A stretch of DNA of 64,000 bases from Thalassobaculaceae bacterium (GTDB lineage Bacteria; Pseudomonadota; Alphaproteobacteria; Thalassobaculales; Thalassobaculaceae). This document shows positions 29,882-39,648 of the stretch, piece by piece. Position 1 is the stretch's first letter. Each line of letters opens with the position of its first letter. Made by a program: the position numbers and the translations under genes. The DNA lies in NCBI GenBank assembly GCA_965228875.1, contig OZ245843.1, forward strand, positions 1,098,616 through 1,162,615, given 5' to 3'. The notes below the pieces were generated by a model. That model was not told the origin of the DNA. It saw only the letters and a program-made list of their open reading frames with translations, and searched no databases.

Positions 29882-31180
29882 ATGGGACCTGTGGCCCCCC
29901 GGCTGGAGCGCGTATTGGCAGAGACCTACGAAGACGGAATTCCCCGAGAGACGCGCAAGACCGGGTTCCTGCAGTCCTTCGATCGCCAGAAGCTCGATCC
30001 GAGCGATCGCGCGGACTTCACGTCCAAGGTCCTGTCCTTCGTGCGCGAGAACAGGGTGGCGGCGGACGCCCTGATCGCCGGCAATGTTCAGATGCTCGGC
30101 TTCGAGGCTTTGAAGGCGCGGTTCGGTGACAACTGGGAGGGGATCAAGGACAAGGTCCACCTGCTCACCGAAGGAATCATCAAGAAGAACATCAGTGCGT
30201 CCGACGTCTTCCTGCTGATGAACGACGAGAAGTTCGTCGTGCTGTTCGGCAAGGCGACACGGCCCGAGGCCGACGCGACCGCCCGCAAGATCGCCCGGGA
30301 GGTCAACGCCAAGCTCAGCGGCGCGGGCGTTGGAATGGACGCGGTTTCGGTCCGCCCGGTGGTCTTCGAGGTACCGCGGGACGACACGGAGCCGCTGAAG
30401 GACCCGGTCCAGCTGGAGAAATCCGTCGAGGAGGCACAGCGCGACGCGGAACGCCAGGAAGAGGCCCGGGTCGAGGCCGCCAGGGAGCGCATGGTGATGC
30501 GGTTCTGGCCCGTCGCCAATGTCCGCAAGCGTCTGGTGTCCTGCTACCACGCCGATCTGCACGTGCCCGCCGACCTCGACCTGGGGCAGGGCGAGGAGGG
30601 GAGCTCCGGCACCGGCGCCGTCGAGGCCACCCTGGACCGCATGGTACTGGAGCACGCGGGTCGGGCGCTGACGGAAGCGGCCGGACGCCGGATGCGCGCG
30701 CTTCTCATCGTGCCGGTGCATTTCGAAACCGTGGCCGCCAAGGGCTTTCGCAGCGCCTATCTCGACGTCTGCAAGCTGCAGCCCCGGATTGCCGAGCAGC
30801 GGATGATGCTGATGGTCCGACAGCTTCCGGACGACGTGCCCCAGGGTCGCCTGCACACGATCTTCACGTATCTGGCGCCGTTCTTTGCCGGATTCGTCGG
30901 CGACTTCAGCCTGTCCTTCCAGCGCGCCGACAAGCTGGGCGGTGTCGGTCTTGTGGCTGTCGCCGTCGATGGATCGCCTATGGCCGACCTGACGGCGGAG
31001 GACGTCAAGGCGCTGAAAGCCTTCGCCGCCGGCAACCGGGTCGCAAAGATGCGCCGCTACTTCTACGGCGCCCAGAGCTTCGACGCCGCGACCGCCGCAC
31101 GGCGGGCGGGCTTCGACTACGTTCAGGGAACTGGAGTGGCGCCCTCCATGCCGATCCATGGCAAGGTCTTCAACATCTGA
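29882..31180 (+). CDS. Degenerate GGDEF-like/EAL-like signalling protein
   Basis: N-terminal GGDEF-like topology without GG(D/E)EF (MNDEKFVVLF); C-terminal EAL-like end (AGFDYVQG) without ExLxR. Confidence 0.55.
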   Translation: MGPVAPRLERVLAETYEDGIPRETRKTGFLQSFDRQKLDPSDRADFTSKVLSFVRENRVAADALIAGNVQMLGFEALKARFGDNWEGIKDKVHLLTEGIIKKNISASDVFLLMNDEKFVVLFGKATRPEADATARKIAREVNAKLSGAGVGMDAVSVRPVVFEVPRDDTEPLKDPVQLEKSVEEAQRDAERQEEARVEAARERMVMRFWPVANVRKRLVSCYHADLHVPADLDLGQGEEGSSGTGAVEATLDRMVLEHAGRALTEAAGRRMRALLIVPVHFETVAAKGFRSAYLDVCKLQPRIAEQRMMLMVRQLPDDVPQGRLHTIFTYLAPFFAGFVGDFSLSFQRADKLGGVGLVAVAVDGSPMADLTAEDVKALKAFAAGNRVAKMRRYFYGAQSFDAATAARRAGFDYVQGTGVAPSMPIHGKVFNI

Positions 31181-31186
31181 CCCGCC

Positions 31187-31203
31187 GCCGGCGATCCGCC
31201 GGC
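31187..31203. terminator. Hairpin between convergent genes (possible bidirectional terminator)
   Basis: GCCGGCG-ATC-CGCCGGC. Confidence 0.45.
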
Positions 31204-31207
31204 CCGC

Positions 31208-34096
31208 TTACGCGCTTTTCTTGGCATCGGCGGGACTGAGATAGCGCTTCAGATAGTCGCCGGTATAGCTGCCCTTGGTCGCGGCGACCTGTTCGGGCGT
31301 GCCCTGGGCGACGATCCGCCCGCCGCCGTCGCCTCCCTCCGGGCCGAGATCGACGACATGGTCGGCCGTCTTGATGACCTCGAGATTGTGTTCGATCACG
31401 ATCACCGTGTTGCCGTTGTCGACAAGCGCCTGAAGGACTTCCAGCAGTTTGCGCACGTCCTCGAAATGCAGGCCCGTCGTCGGCTCGTCGAGGATGTAGA
31501 CGGTGCGGCCCGTCGCCCGCCGCGACAACTCCTTGGCCAGCTTAACCCGCTGCGCCTCGCCACCGGACAGGGTAGTCGCCTGTTGGCCGATCTTGATGTA
31601 GCCGAGACCGACCCGCTCCAGTGTCTCCAGCTTGTCGCGGATCGAGGGCACGGCCTTGAAGAAGGCGGCGCCTTCCTCCACCGTCATATCAAGGACATCG
31701 GATATCGACTTGTCACGGAACGTAATTTCAAGGGTTTCCCGATTGTAGCGCTTACCCTTGCAGACGTCGCAGGTGACATAGACATCCGGCAGGAAGTGCA
31801 TCTCGATCTTGATGACGCCGTCGCCCTGGCAGGCTTCGCATCGGCCGCCCTTGACGTTGAAGGAGAACCGCCCCGGCGCGTAGCCGCGGGCCTTCGCCTC
31901 GGGCAGGCCGGCGAACCAGTCGCGGATCGGTGTAAAGGCGCCGGAATAGGTCGCCGGATTGGAGCGCGGCGTGCGCCCGATCGGCGATTGGTCGATGTCG
32001 ACCACCTTGTCGATGTTCTCCAACCCGGCCAGATGCTCGAACGGCGCGGCGTGCTCGCGGGCATTGTGCAGCCGCCGGGCCAACGCCTTCCACAAGGTCT
32101 CGATGACCAAGGTCGACTTGCCGCCGCCGGACACGCCGGTGATGCAGGTGAACGTCCCGAGGGGGATCTTGAGGTCGACGTTCTTCAGGTTGTTGCCGCT
32201 CGCCCCCTTCAGCACGATCTGCTTTCCGCGCCTGGCCTTGCGCCGATTGTCCGGAATGGCGATCTGCTCGAACCCGGACAGGTACTTGCCGGTCAGGCTG
32301 GCGGGGTTGGCCATGATCTCGCCCGGGGTGCCGGCGGCGACCACGGTGCCGCCGTGGACGCCGGCGCCCGGCCCCATGTCGACGACGTAGTCGGCCTCCC
32401 GGATCGCGTCCTCGTCATGCTCGACCACGATAACCGTGTTCCCGAGGTCGCGCAGGCGCTTGAGCGTCGCGAGCAGGCGGTCGTTGTCGCGCTGGTGCAG
32501 TCCGATCGACGGCTCGTCCAGCACGTAGAGCACGCCGGTCAGTCCGGAACCGATCTGCGAGGCGAGACGGATGCGCTGGCTCTCGCCGCCGGACAGCGTG
32601 CCCGAGGCGCGCGACAGGGTCAGGTAGTCCAGGCCGACATTGTTCAGGAAGCCCAGCCGCTCGTTGATCTCCTTGAGGATGCGCTCGGCGATTTCGCCCT
32701 GCTTGGCGGTGAGGGTGTCCGACAGCGACAGGAACCAGTCGACCGCCTTGGCGATCGAGAACTCGGTCACCTCCGAGATGTTCAGCCCGGCGATCTTCAC
32801 CGCAAGCGCCTCCGGCTTGAGCCGCTGGCCATGACACGCGTCGCACGGGGCAACGGACTGATAGCGGCCGAGTTCCTCGCGCACCCAGGAACTGTCGGTC
32901 TCCTTCCATCGCCGGTTCATGTTCGGGATGACGCCCTCGAACGGCTTGGTGGTCTTGTAGCTGCGCAGCCCGTCGTCGAAGGTCATGGTGACCGGGGTCG
33001 TTCCGGTACCGTACAGAACGCCGTGCCGCGCCTCTTCCGGCAGGTCGTCGAACGGGGTGTCGAGGGAAATGTCGAAGTGCTTCGCCAGGCTCTTGAGCGA
33101 CTGGGCGTAGTATTTCGAGGAGGATCCGGCCCAGGGCGCGATCGCACCCTTGTTGAGGGACAGCTTCGGGTTCGGAACGACCAGCTGCTCGTCGAAATAC
33201 ATCTGGCTGCCGAGCCCGTCGCAGGTCGGGCAGGCGCCGAACGGGTTGTTGAACGAGAACAGCCGCGGCTCGATCTCGTCGATCGTGAATCCGCTGACCG
33301 GGCAGGCGAACTTGGCCGAGAACGTGTGCCGGACGCCGGAATCCGCGTCGTCGGCGAACAGCAGCCCGTCCGACAGTTCCAGCGCCGTCTCGATCGAATC
33401 GGCCAGGCGGGTCTGGATGCCGGCCCGCACCACCAGACGGTCGACCACCACCTCGATGTCGTGCTTGCGCTTCTTGTCCAGCGCCGGAACATCCTCGATC
33501 TCGTAGAGCTCGCCGTCCACACGGACACGCTGAAACCCGCGCTTGCGCAGATCCGCCAGTTCCTTGCGGTACTCGCCCTTGCGCCCCCGGACCACCGGCG
33601 CCAGTAGATAAAGCCGGGTTCCTTCCTCAAGGTCGCAGATCCGGTCGACCATCTGGCTGACCGTCTGGCTTTCGATCGGCAGACCGGTGGCGGGCGAGTA
33701 GGGGACGCCGATGCGCGCGAACAGCAGACGGAGATAGTCGTAGATCTCCGTCACCGTGCCGACCGTGGAGCGCGGATTGCGCGACGTGGTCTTCTGTTCG
33801 ATGGAGATCGCCGGCGACAGGCCCTCGATCAGGTCCACATCCGGCTTCTGCATCAGTTCCAGGAACTGCCGCGCGTAGGCGGACAGGCTCTCCACGTAGC
33901 GCCGCTGGCCCTCGGCGTAGATCGTGTCGAAGGCGAGGGAGGACTTGCCCGAACCGCTCAGCCCGGTGAGCACGACCAGACTGTCGCGCGGCAGATCGAC
34001 ATCGACGTCACGCAGATTGTGTTCACGCGCGCCGCGGACACGGATCGCCCGCAGTTCTTCGACGGCGGGTTTGGGCAGGGACGATTCGGGCGCCAT
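31208..34096 (-). CDS. uvrA: Excinuclease ABC subunit A
   Basis: Two Walker A motifs ([18 protein letters not shown]), zinc fingers, LSGGE signatures; GAGG RBS before ATG 34096. Confidence 0.98.
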   Translation of the reverse strand: MAPESSLPKPAVEELRAIRVRGAREHNLRDVDVDLPRDSLVVLTGLSGSGKSSLAFDTIYAEGQRRYVESLSAYARQFLELMQKPDVDLIEGLSPAISIEQKTTSRNPRSTVGTVTEIYDYLRLLFARIGVPYSPATGLPIESQTVSQMVDRICDLEEGTRLYLLAPVVRGRKGEYRKELADLRKRGFQRVRVDGELYEIEDVPALDKKRKHDIEVVVDRLVVRAGIQTRLADSIETALELSDGLLFADDADSGVRHTFSAKFACPVSGFTIDEIEPRLFSFNNPFGACPTCDGLGSQMYFDEQLVVPNPKLSLNKGAIAPWAGSSSKYYAQSLKSLAKHFDISLDTPFDDLPEEARHGVLYGTGTTPVTMTFDDGLRSYKTTKPFEGVIPNMNRRWKETDSSWVREELGRYQSVAPCDACHGQRLKPEALAVKIAGLNISEVTEFSIAKAVDWFLSLSDTLTAKQGEIAERILKEINERLGFLNNVGLDYLTLSRASGTLSGGESQRIRLASQIGSGLTGVLYVLDEPSIGLHQRDNDRLLATLKRLRDLGNTVIVVEHDEDAIREADYVVDMGPGAGVHGGTVVAAGTPGEIMANPASLTGKYLSGFEQIAIPDNRRKARRGKQIVLKGASGNNLKNVDLKIPLGTFTCITGVSGGGKSTLVIETLWKALARRLHNAREHAAPFEHLAGLENIDKVVDIDQSPIGRTPRSNPATYSGAFTPIRDWFAGLPEAKARGYAPGRFSFNVKGGRCEACQGDGVIKIEMHFLPDVYVTCDVCKGKRYNRETLEITFRDKSISDVLDMTVEEGAAFFKAVPSIRDKLETLERVGLGYIKIGQQATTLSGGEAQRVKLAKELSRRATGRTVYILDEPTTGLHFEDVRKLLEVLQALVDNGNTVIVIEHNLEVIKTADHVVDLGPEGGDGGGRIVAQGTPEQVAATKGSYTGDYLKRYLSPADAKKSA

Positions 34097-34120
34097 TGGG
34101 TCCTCGGAGTCGAGACGGAA

Positions 34121-34135
34121 GAACAAATATAGTAC
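34121..34135. promoter_or_regulatory. Alphaproteobacterial LexA (SOS) box upstream of uvrA
   Basis: GAAC-AAATATA-GTAC matches GAAC-N7-G(A/T)AC, 25 bp upstream of the uvrA start. Confidence 0.8.
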
Positions 34136-34441
34136 GCGGGTGCGCGGTGTGACCACCTGCCGGCATTGAAAATCGCTCCGCTGCGAAGAATTTCTATAGG
34201 CAGGCTCTGGATCTTCTGTCGAGGGATCGGTCGTCGGTCGGGGCGACTCGGATTGTTGCGAAACCGAAGCGATTGAACGGCCACCGCGTTACCTGAGCGA
34301 CGCCGAAACGACAATCGGAGTTTCAGGCCGTCGTCGGTCATTCCAGACCCCCAGGGTTGATCGGGTTTGCAACAGGATCTGGAAACACTACGGCTGTCGT
34401 TCTAGTTTGTGGTTAGTTTCGGCAACCATTAGTTACCTTGT

Positions 34442-34705
34442 ATGCCCGGTACGCTGTCGCGGAACGTGATGATCGGAGGGCGCCGGACGTCGATGCGCCT
34501 GGAACCTCAGATGTGGGACGCGCTGGCCGATATCGCGCGCTGGGAGGGCGCGACCGCGGCGGAACTGATCGAGGCGGCGGTCGCCTCCGCCGCGCCGGGG
34601 CAGAGCAACACCTCGGCCGTCCGCTCCTATGTCCTGTCCTACTTTCGCGATCTGGTGACCGAGGAGACGCGTGTGGTGGCCCGACAGCCCGGCCCGACAC
34701 GTTAG
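34442..34705 (+). CDS. Ribbon-helix-helix domain protein (RHH_4-like)
   Basis: [23 protein letters not shown]...[10 protein letters not shown]. Confidence 0.85.
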   Translation: MPGTLSRNVMIGGRRTSMRLEPQMWDALADIARWEGATAAELIEAAVASAAPGQSNTSAVRSYVLSYFRDLVTEETRVVARQPGPTR

Positions 34706-34859
34706 GTCCGACAGGTCAGGCCCGGCGCGCCAGGTTCACGGGAATGCGGAAATTGCCGGCCACAGGCTTTGCGCCCGGCGGCCGGCTGTGGGATTGTCGC
34801 CCAAACCGTCGCATGGGCCGCTTCATGGGATGGGATTCGGAACAGAGAGAGCGAGTGAG

Positions 34860-35423
34860 ATGGCGGGCAGCGTCAATAAGGTGATCCTGGTCGGCAACCT
34901 GGGCCGCGACCCCGAGGTGCGGTCGACCCAGGACGGCATGAAGATCGTCAATTTTCCGGTAGCGACCTCCGAGCGTTGGCGCGACCGCAGTTCCGGCGAA
35001 CAGCGCGAGCGCACCGAGTGGCACCGCGTGGTCATCTTCAATGAGAACCTCGCGCGGATCGCCGAGCAGTATCTGCGCAAGGGCAGCTCGGTGTATCTCG
35101 AAGGCCAGCTGCAGACCCGGAAGTGGACCGATCAGAGCGGCCAGGAGCGCTACACGACCGAGATCGTGCTGCAACGCTATCGCGGTGAACTGACCCTGCT
35201 GGGCGGGCGCGGCGATGGCGGCGGAGGTGGCGGCGGCGACTATGGCCGCGGCGACGACTACGGAGGCGGTTACGGAGGCGGCTCCGGTGGCGGCTCCGGT
35301 GGCGGCTCCGGTGGCGGGTCGGGTGGCGGCTATGGCGGCGGCTCGTCGGGCGGCGGATCGTCCGGCGGCGGCCAGCCGCCGATGGGCGGTCCGAGCGACC
35401 TGGACGACGAAATCCCGTTCTGA
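34860..35423 (+). CDS. ssb: Single-stranded DNA-binding protein
   Basis: [25 protein letters not shown], Gly-rich linker, DDEIPF C-terminus. Confidence 0.98.
   Translation: MAGSVNKVILVGNLGRDPEVRSTQDGMKIVNFPVATSERWRDRSSGEQRERTEWHRVVIFNENLARIAEQYLRKGSSVYLEGQLQTRKWTDQSGQERYTTEIVLQRYRGELTLLGGRGDGGGGGGGDYGRGDDYGGGYGGGSGGGSGGGSGGGSGGGYGGGSSGGGSSGGGQPPMGGPSDLDDEIPF
35277..35324 (+). repeat. 12-bp tandem repeat (GGSG)n in SSB linker
   Basis: ggcggctccggt x3 plus a degenerate fourth copy. Confidence 0.8.
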
Positions 35424-35434
35424 CGGAGGCGGGC

Positions 35435-36262
35435 GTGGACGCGTACCGTGTGGCCAATCGAGCCAAGTGGGACGAACTGGTCCAACCGCATCTGACCTCC
35501 GGGTTCTACTCGGTCGACGCCCTGCGCGCCGGCACGCGAACCCTCGACCCGATCGAGGAGAGGGAGGTCGGTGACGTTGCCGGCCTCTCGGTGCTGCATC
35601 TGCAGTGTCATTTCGGACTGGACACGCTGACGCTCGCACAGCGCGGCGCCAGCGTGACCGGCATCGACTTCTCGCCGGAGGCGATCCGCACGGCCCGCTC
35701 GCTGGCGGCCGAGCTCGATCTCGATGCGACGTTCGTCGAAGGCGATCTCTACGCCGCCCCCGAGCTCATCTCCGGTCGCTTCGACCTCGTCTACACCACC
35801 TGGGGAACGATCTGCTGGCTGTCCGACCTGCCCGGCTGGGCCCGGATCGCGGCGGACTTCCTGAAGCCGGGTGGCCGCTTCTACTTCGCGGACTGCCATC
35901 CGATGGCCTATGTGTGGGATGAGGGCGCTGGGGTGTGCGATCCGGCGGCTGGACGGCTGCGGACCAAGTATCCGTATTTTCATGCGGCGGATCCGATTGT
36001 CTTTGACGATCCCGACGACTACGGCAGCGATTACAAAACGACGAACACCCGGACCTACGAGTGGGCGCATCCGGTGGGCGATATCGTGACCGCGGTCTGC
36101 GGGGCCGGTCTGGTCTTCGAATATCTGCGCGAGCACCCGGTGATCACCTGGGCGTTGCTGCCGAGCCTCGTCGACCGGGGCGATGGCCTTTACGGGTGGC
36201 CGGATGCCATGGAGCCGAAGCTGCCCCTCAGCCTGTCGTTCTCGGCTCGCAAACCGGTTTAG
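35435..36262 (+). CDS. Class I SAM-dependent methyltransferase
   Basis: VLHLQCHFGLDT, GIDFS, FDLVY, LKPGG. Confidence 0.88.
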   Translation: MDAYRVANRAKWDELVQPHLTSGFYSVDALRAGTRTLDPIEEREVGDVAGLSVLHLQCHFGLDTLTLAQRGASVTGIDFSPEAIRTARSLAAELDLDATFVEGDLYAAPELISGRFDLVYTTWGTICWLSDLPGWARIAADFLKPGGRFYFADCHPMAYVWDEGAGVCDPAAGRLRTKYPYFHAADPIVFDDPDDYGSDYKTTNTRTYEWAHPVGDIVTAVCGAGLVFEYLREHPVITWALLPSLVDRGDGLYGWPDAMEPKLPLSLSFSARKPV

Positions 36263-36270
36263 CTTCGGAT

Positions 36271-36283
36271 TATCAATATTTTA
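36271..36283 (+). promoter_or_regulatory. Putative IHF binding site in AT-rich intergenic region
   Basis: TATCAA-TATT-TTA is an exact match to WATCAANNNNTTR. Confidence 0.5.
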
Positions 36284-36418
36284 GGGAACTGCGTGGCCAT
36301 CGCGTTAACGATTTCGAAAGAATTCGACACGAATCTGATACTTTGAGCTCGACCGGTCGACCCCAGGGGGCATGTCCCCGGGACGCAGCCGGATGTGCAG
36401 GGTGCGGACTGGCTGGCC

Positions 36419-38092
36419 ATGGACGTTGGACCCATCGACGGCGACGATGCGCCCCGCAGACGGCGTGTCGGTCTGCTGATACCGATCGTTGCGCTCATCG
36501 GCGCGCTGACGGTGTCCGTCGTCGCCGTGGCCTGGCTGGCCGCCGACACCCAGGACCGCCAGGCCATTGCCGCCCTGCGCCATACCCTGCGCAGCGTCGT
36601 AGACAGCAACCTGCGCGAACTCGGCGGGTGGGTCTCGGACTACGCCTACTGGGACGCCTTCGTGGAGAATGTCGTCGTCGCACCGGACCTGGCCTGGGTC
36701 GACGACAACATCGGCACCTATGCCCACGAGAACCTGGGCATCGACGTCTCACTGGTGATCGACGGCGCCGATGGCGTCTATCTCAAGTCCCTCGCCTCCG
36801 AAAACGACCTCGCCGAGACCTTCGAGCCGCTTCCAGCCGATCTGGCGGCGCTGGCGCGCCTTGCGCGGGCAAGTCCGGGTCTGACCGATGCGCGCCCGGA
36901 CCCGCAGGTCGGCCTCACCCGGATCGGCGGACACGTGTTCATGATGGCGGCGTCCGTGGCGAAGTGGGAGCGGCGGGGCGACCTGCCGACGCGCGAGGGC
37001 GGTCCGGTCGTGCTGATCTACCTCCGCGAGATCGACGAGCCCATGCTCTCCGGCTTCGGTTCCGACTACATGATCGCCGGACTGCGCCTGGTCGGTGCGG
37101 ACAGCGACGACCGCGCGACCCTCGCGCTAAAAGCGCCGGACGGCCGAACCGTTGCGCGGCTGGCCTGGGACAGCGGTCTTCCGGGTACCCAGTTTCTGAC
37201 CGACCTGTCCGTGCCGCTGGCGATCATCCTGTTGATCGCCGGAGCGCTGATGGTGTTCATCGTCGTTCGCGTGCGTGCGACGGTGGACCAGCTTCTGACC
37301 GCGCACGAGGCGCTGAACCAGCGCACCGTGGCGCTGCGGGCCGCCCGCGACGAAGCCGATCTGGCGAACCGTGCGAAGACCGAGTTTCTCGCTCAGATGA
37401 GCCATGACCTGCGTACGCCGCTGAACGCGATCCTCGGGTTTTCGGAGGTGATCGCCCTTCAGACCTTCGGCTCCGACGCGGCGGCCGCGAGCCGCTACCG
37501 GGACTATGCGCGCCAGATCCATGCCGGCGGCGATCACCTGAGAACGCTGATCGACAGCATTCTCGACGTGGCCCGCATCGACGCGGGGCGCTACGAACTG
37601 CGCACGGAACAGGTTGCCCTCGACGATCTCGTGGCGACCTGCCTCTCGCTCCTGCAGGAAACATTCGCGGCCAAGTCCATCGCCGTCGATGCTCCGACGA
37701 GCGGGTTGACCGTCGAGGCCGACCGCGGCGCCATCGAGCAGGTGTTGCTGAACCTGATGGGGAATGCCGCGAAGTATACAGACGCGGGCGGTTCGGTCTC
37801 CGTCACAGCGCGAAGCACCGGGGAGGGCGTGTCGATCGCCGTCGCCGATACCGGTCGCGGGATGTCGCCGGCCGACGTGGAGGCCGCCTTCGACCTGTTC
37901 AGCCGCGGCGGATCCGCGCTCGGCGCGGCGGCGGAGGGCGCCGGGATCGGGTTGAGCATCGTCAAACGACTGGTCGAACTGCACGGCGGAAGCGTCGCTA
38001 TCCAGTCCGGTCTCGGTGTCGGAACGACCGTGACCTTCACCCTGCCGAATGCTCCTGAGGCTGCGTCACGGTCGAATGAGTTGGTGGGATAA
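36419..38092 (+). CDS. Sensor histidine kinase with periplasmic CHASE4-like domain
   Basis: TM, DYAYWD periplasmic domain, TM; H-box FLAQMSHDLRTPLNAILGFSE; N-box NLMGNAAKYT; DTGRG and GAGIGL; alternative GTG start 36395. Confidence 0.9.
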   Translation: MDVGPIDGDDAPRRRRVGLLIPIVALIGALTVSVVAVAWLAADTQDRQAIAALRHTLRSVVDSNLRELGGWVSDYAYWDAFVENVVVAPDLAWVDDNIGTYAHENLGIDVSLVIDGADGVYLKSLASENDLAETFEPLPADLAALARLARASPGLTDARPDPQVGLTRIGGHVFMMAASVAKWERRGDLPTREGGPVVLIYLREIDEPMLSGFGSDYMIAGLRLVGADSDDRATLALKAPDGRTVARLAWDSGLPGTQFLTDLSVPLAIILLIAGALMVFIVVRVRATVDQLLTAHEALNQRTVALRAARDEADLANRAKTEFLAQMSHDLRTPLNAILGFSEVIALQTFGSDAAAASRYRDYARQIHAGGDHLRTLIDSILDVARIDAGRYELRTEQVALDDLVATCLSLLQETFAAKSIAVDAPTSGLTVEADRGAIEQVLLNLMGNAAKYTDAGGSVSVTARSTGEGVSIAVADTGRGMSPADVEAAFDLFSRGGSALGAAAEGAGIGLSIVKRLVELHGGSVAIQSGLGVGTTVTFTLPNAPEAASRSNELVG

Positions 38093-38140
38093 TACACTTA
38101 TACGGTATCATTCCCGCATCGACCTTTTGGAGGTGGTGCG

Positions 38141-39487
38141 ATGGCGGAGGCCTTCCGGACCGTGGTCGTCTGCTGCGATGGGACCGGCAACCAGTTCGGG
38201 ACCAACAACACCAATGTGGTCAAATTCTTCCAGCATCTGGACCTGAGCGACCCGGACTGCCAGGTCGGCTACTACGATCCGGGAGTCGGAACCTTCGACT
38301 ACCGCGACAAGGGCAGCCATTCCGAACTTCGGAAGCTCCTGGGACTGGCATTCGGCCGCGGCGTGCGGGAGAACGTGTGCGACGCCTACCGATATCTGAT
38401 GGACTGGTACGGCGAGGGACCCGCCGACGTGCCCAACCGGGTGGTCATCGTCGGGTTTTCGCGTGGCGCCCACACCGCACGGGCCCTGGCGGCCATGCTG
38501 GCGACGGTCGGTCTGCTCAAGCCCGGCAACCTCAATCTCGTCGACTATGCCTACGAGATGTACAAGGCCCCTTCAAAGATCGGCCTCACCGCGAACGAGC
38601 GCGAGGAGCAGCGCACGCTTCAGGCCCGCTTCAAGGAGACCTATTGCCGCGATTGCCCCGTGGAGATGGTCGGGGTGTGGGATACGGTCGCGACGATCAT
38701 CCTGCCGTTGCAGGGCGCCGGTCGTTTCTTCGGCGGCCTGCTCGACGGCGCGGTCGTCACCCCCTTGCGGGCGCTGTTCGGGCTGAGTCCCGCACCGCTC
38801 GCGGAGTTGGCCCCGCGGGTCTGGCTGAAAGAAAGCTGGAACAGCTTCTTTCAGGGCTTCAGCGACCAGGTCCTGAGCCATCACGTGGGCTACGGATTCC
38901 AGGCCTGTGCCCTGGACGAGGATCGGCGGCGGTTTCAGCTCTCCCTCTGGGACGAGTCCGGCACGGTACGCAGCGCCGAAGAGGCCGAGGCGTCGCCGCC
39001 GGAGATCGAGCAGGTCTGGTTCTCGGGCTATCACAGCGATGTGGGCGGGTGGTGGCCGTCCGAGGGCCTCTCCCACATCACGCTCCACTGGATGATGGTG
39101 CGGGCGGAGCGTCGGGGCGTGCGGTTCAAGCGCGGCTGGGCGGATGCCCTCACCGGGTCCTTCGACGTCACCGCGCCGATCCACAACACCCGCGACCTCC
39201 TGTGGTGGGCGGCCGATATCGGATTCCGCGCCTATCGCACCGAACTCCCTTACACCACCGGCCTGCGGGGATGGTGGCATCGGCTCGTCGCCGCGCGCTC
39301 CGGGGTGCGTCGATCGCACCACGATACCCTGTGCCGCATGCCGGCCCGTGTGCACGATTCCGTGGACCGGCGGATGCAGGCGGGACCGGTGCCGCATCAC
39401 CGGCCGAGGGGAGCGCCGACGAAGGAGCCGTACCGGCCGATCCTGCCGGCGGACCATGTCTTCGTGCCAACCGAAGTGGCTGATTGA
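38141..39487 (+). CDS. DUF2235 / Tle1-like alpha/beta-hydrolase (phospholipase-like)
   Basis: CCDGTGN, YYDPGVGT, GFSRGA, GVWDTV, ALDEDR, QVWFSGYHSDVGG. Confidence 0.88.
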   Translation: MAEAFRTVVVCCDGTGNQFGTNNTNVVKFFQHLDLSDPDCQVGYYDPGVGTFDYRDKGSHSELRKLLGLAFGRGVRENVCDAYRYLMDWYGEGPADVPNRVVIVGFSRGAHTARALAAMLATVGLLKPGNLNLVDYAYEMYKAPSKIGLTANEREEQRTLQARFKETYCRDCPVEMVGVWDTVATIILPLQGAGRFFGGLLDGAVVTPLRALFGLSPAPLAELAPRVWLKESWNSFFQGFSDQVLSHHVGYGFQACALDEDRRRFQLSLWDESGTVRSAEEAEASPPEIEQVWFSGYHSDVGGWWPSEGLSHITLHWMMVRAERRGVRFKRGWADALTGSFDVTAPIHNTRDLLWWAADIGFRAYRTELPYTTGLRGWWHRLVAARSGVRRSHHDTLCRMPARVHDSVDRRMQAGPVPHHRPRGAPTKEPYRPILPADHVFVPTEVAD

Positions 39488-39648
39488 CGCGGGTCCGCCC
39501 CGGGTGCGAGAAGTCTTCGTTTTCGGCGGCGCAACATTGCCGGAAAACGGCGATTTTGCTAAGATTTGACGAATCAGGCGGCGCTCTGTCGCCGTGCCGT
39601 CCACTGCGGACCTGACCTCTCGCGAAACCTACGATCGGAACCCTTCGG

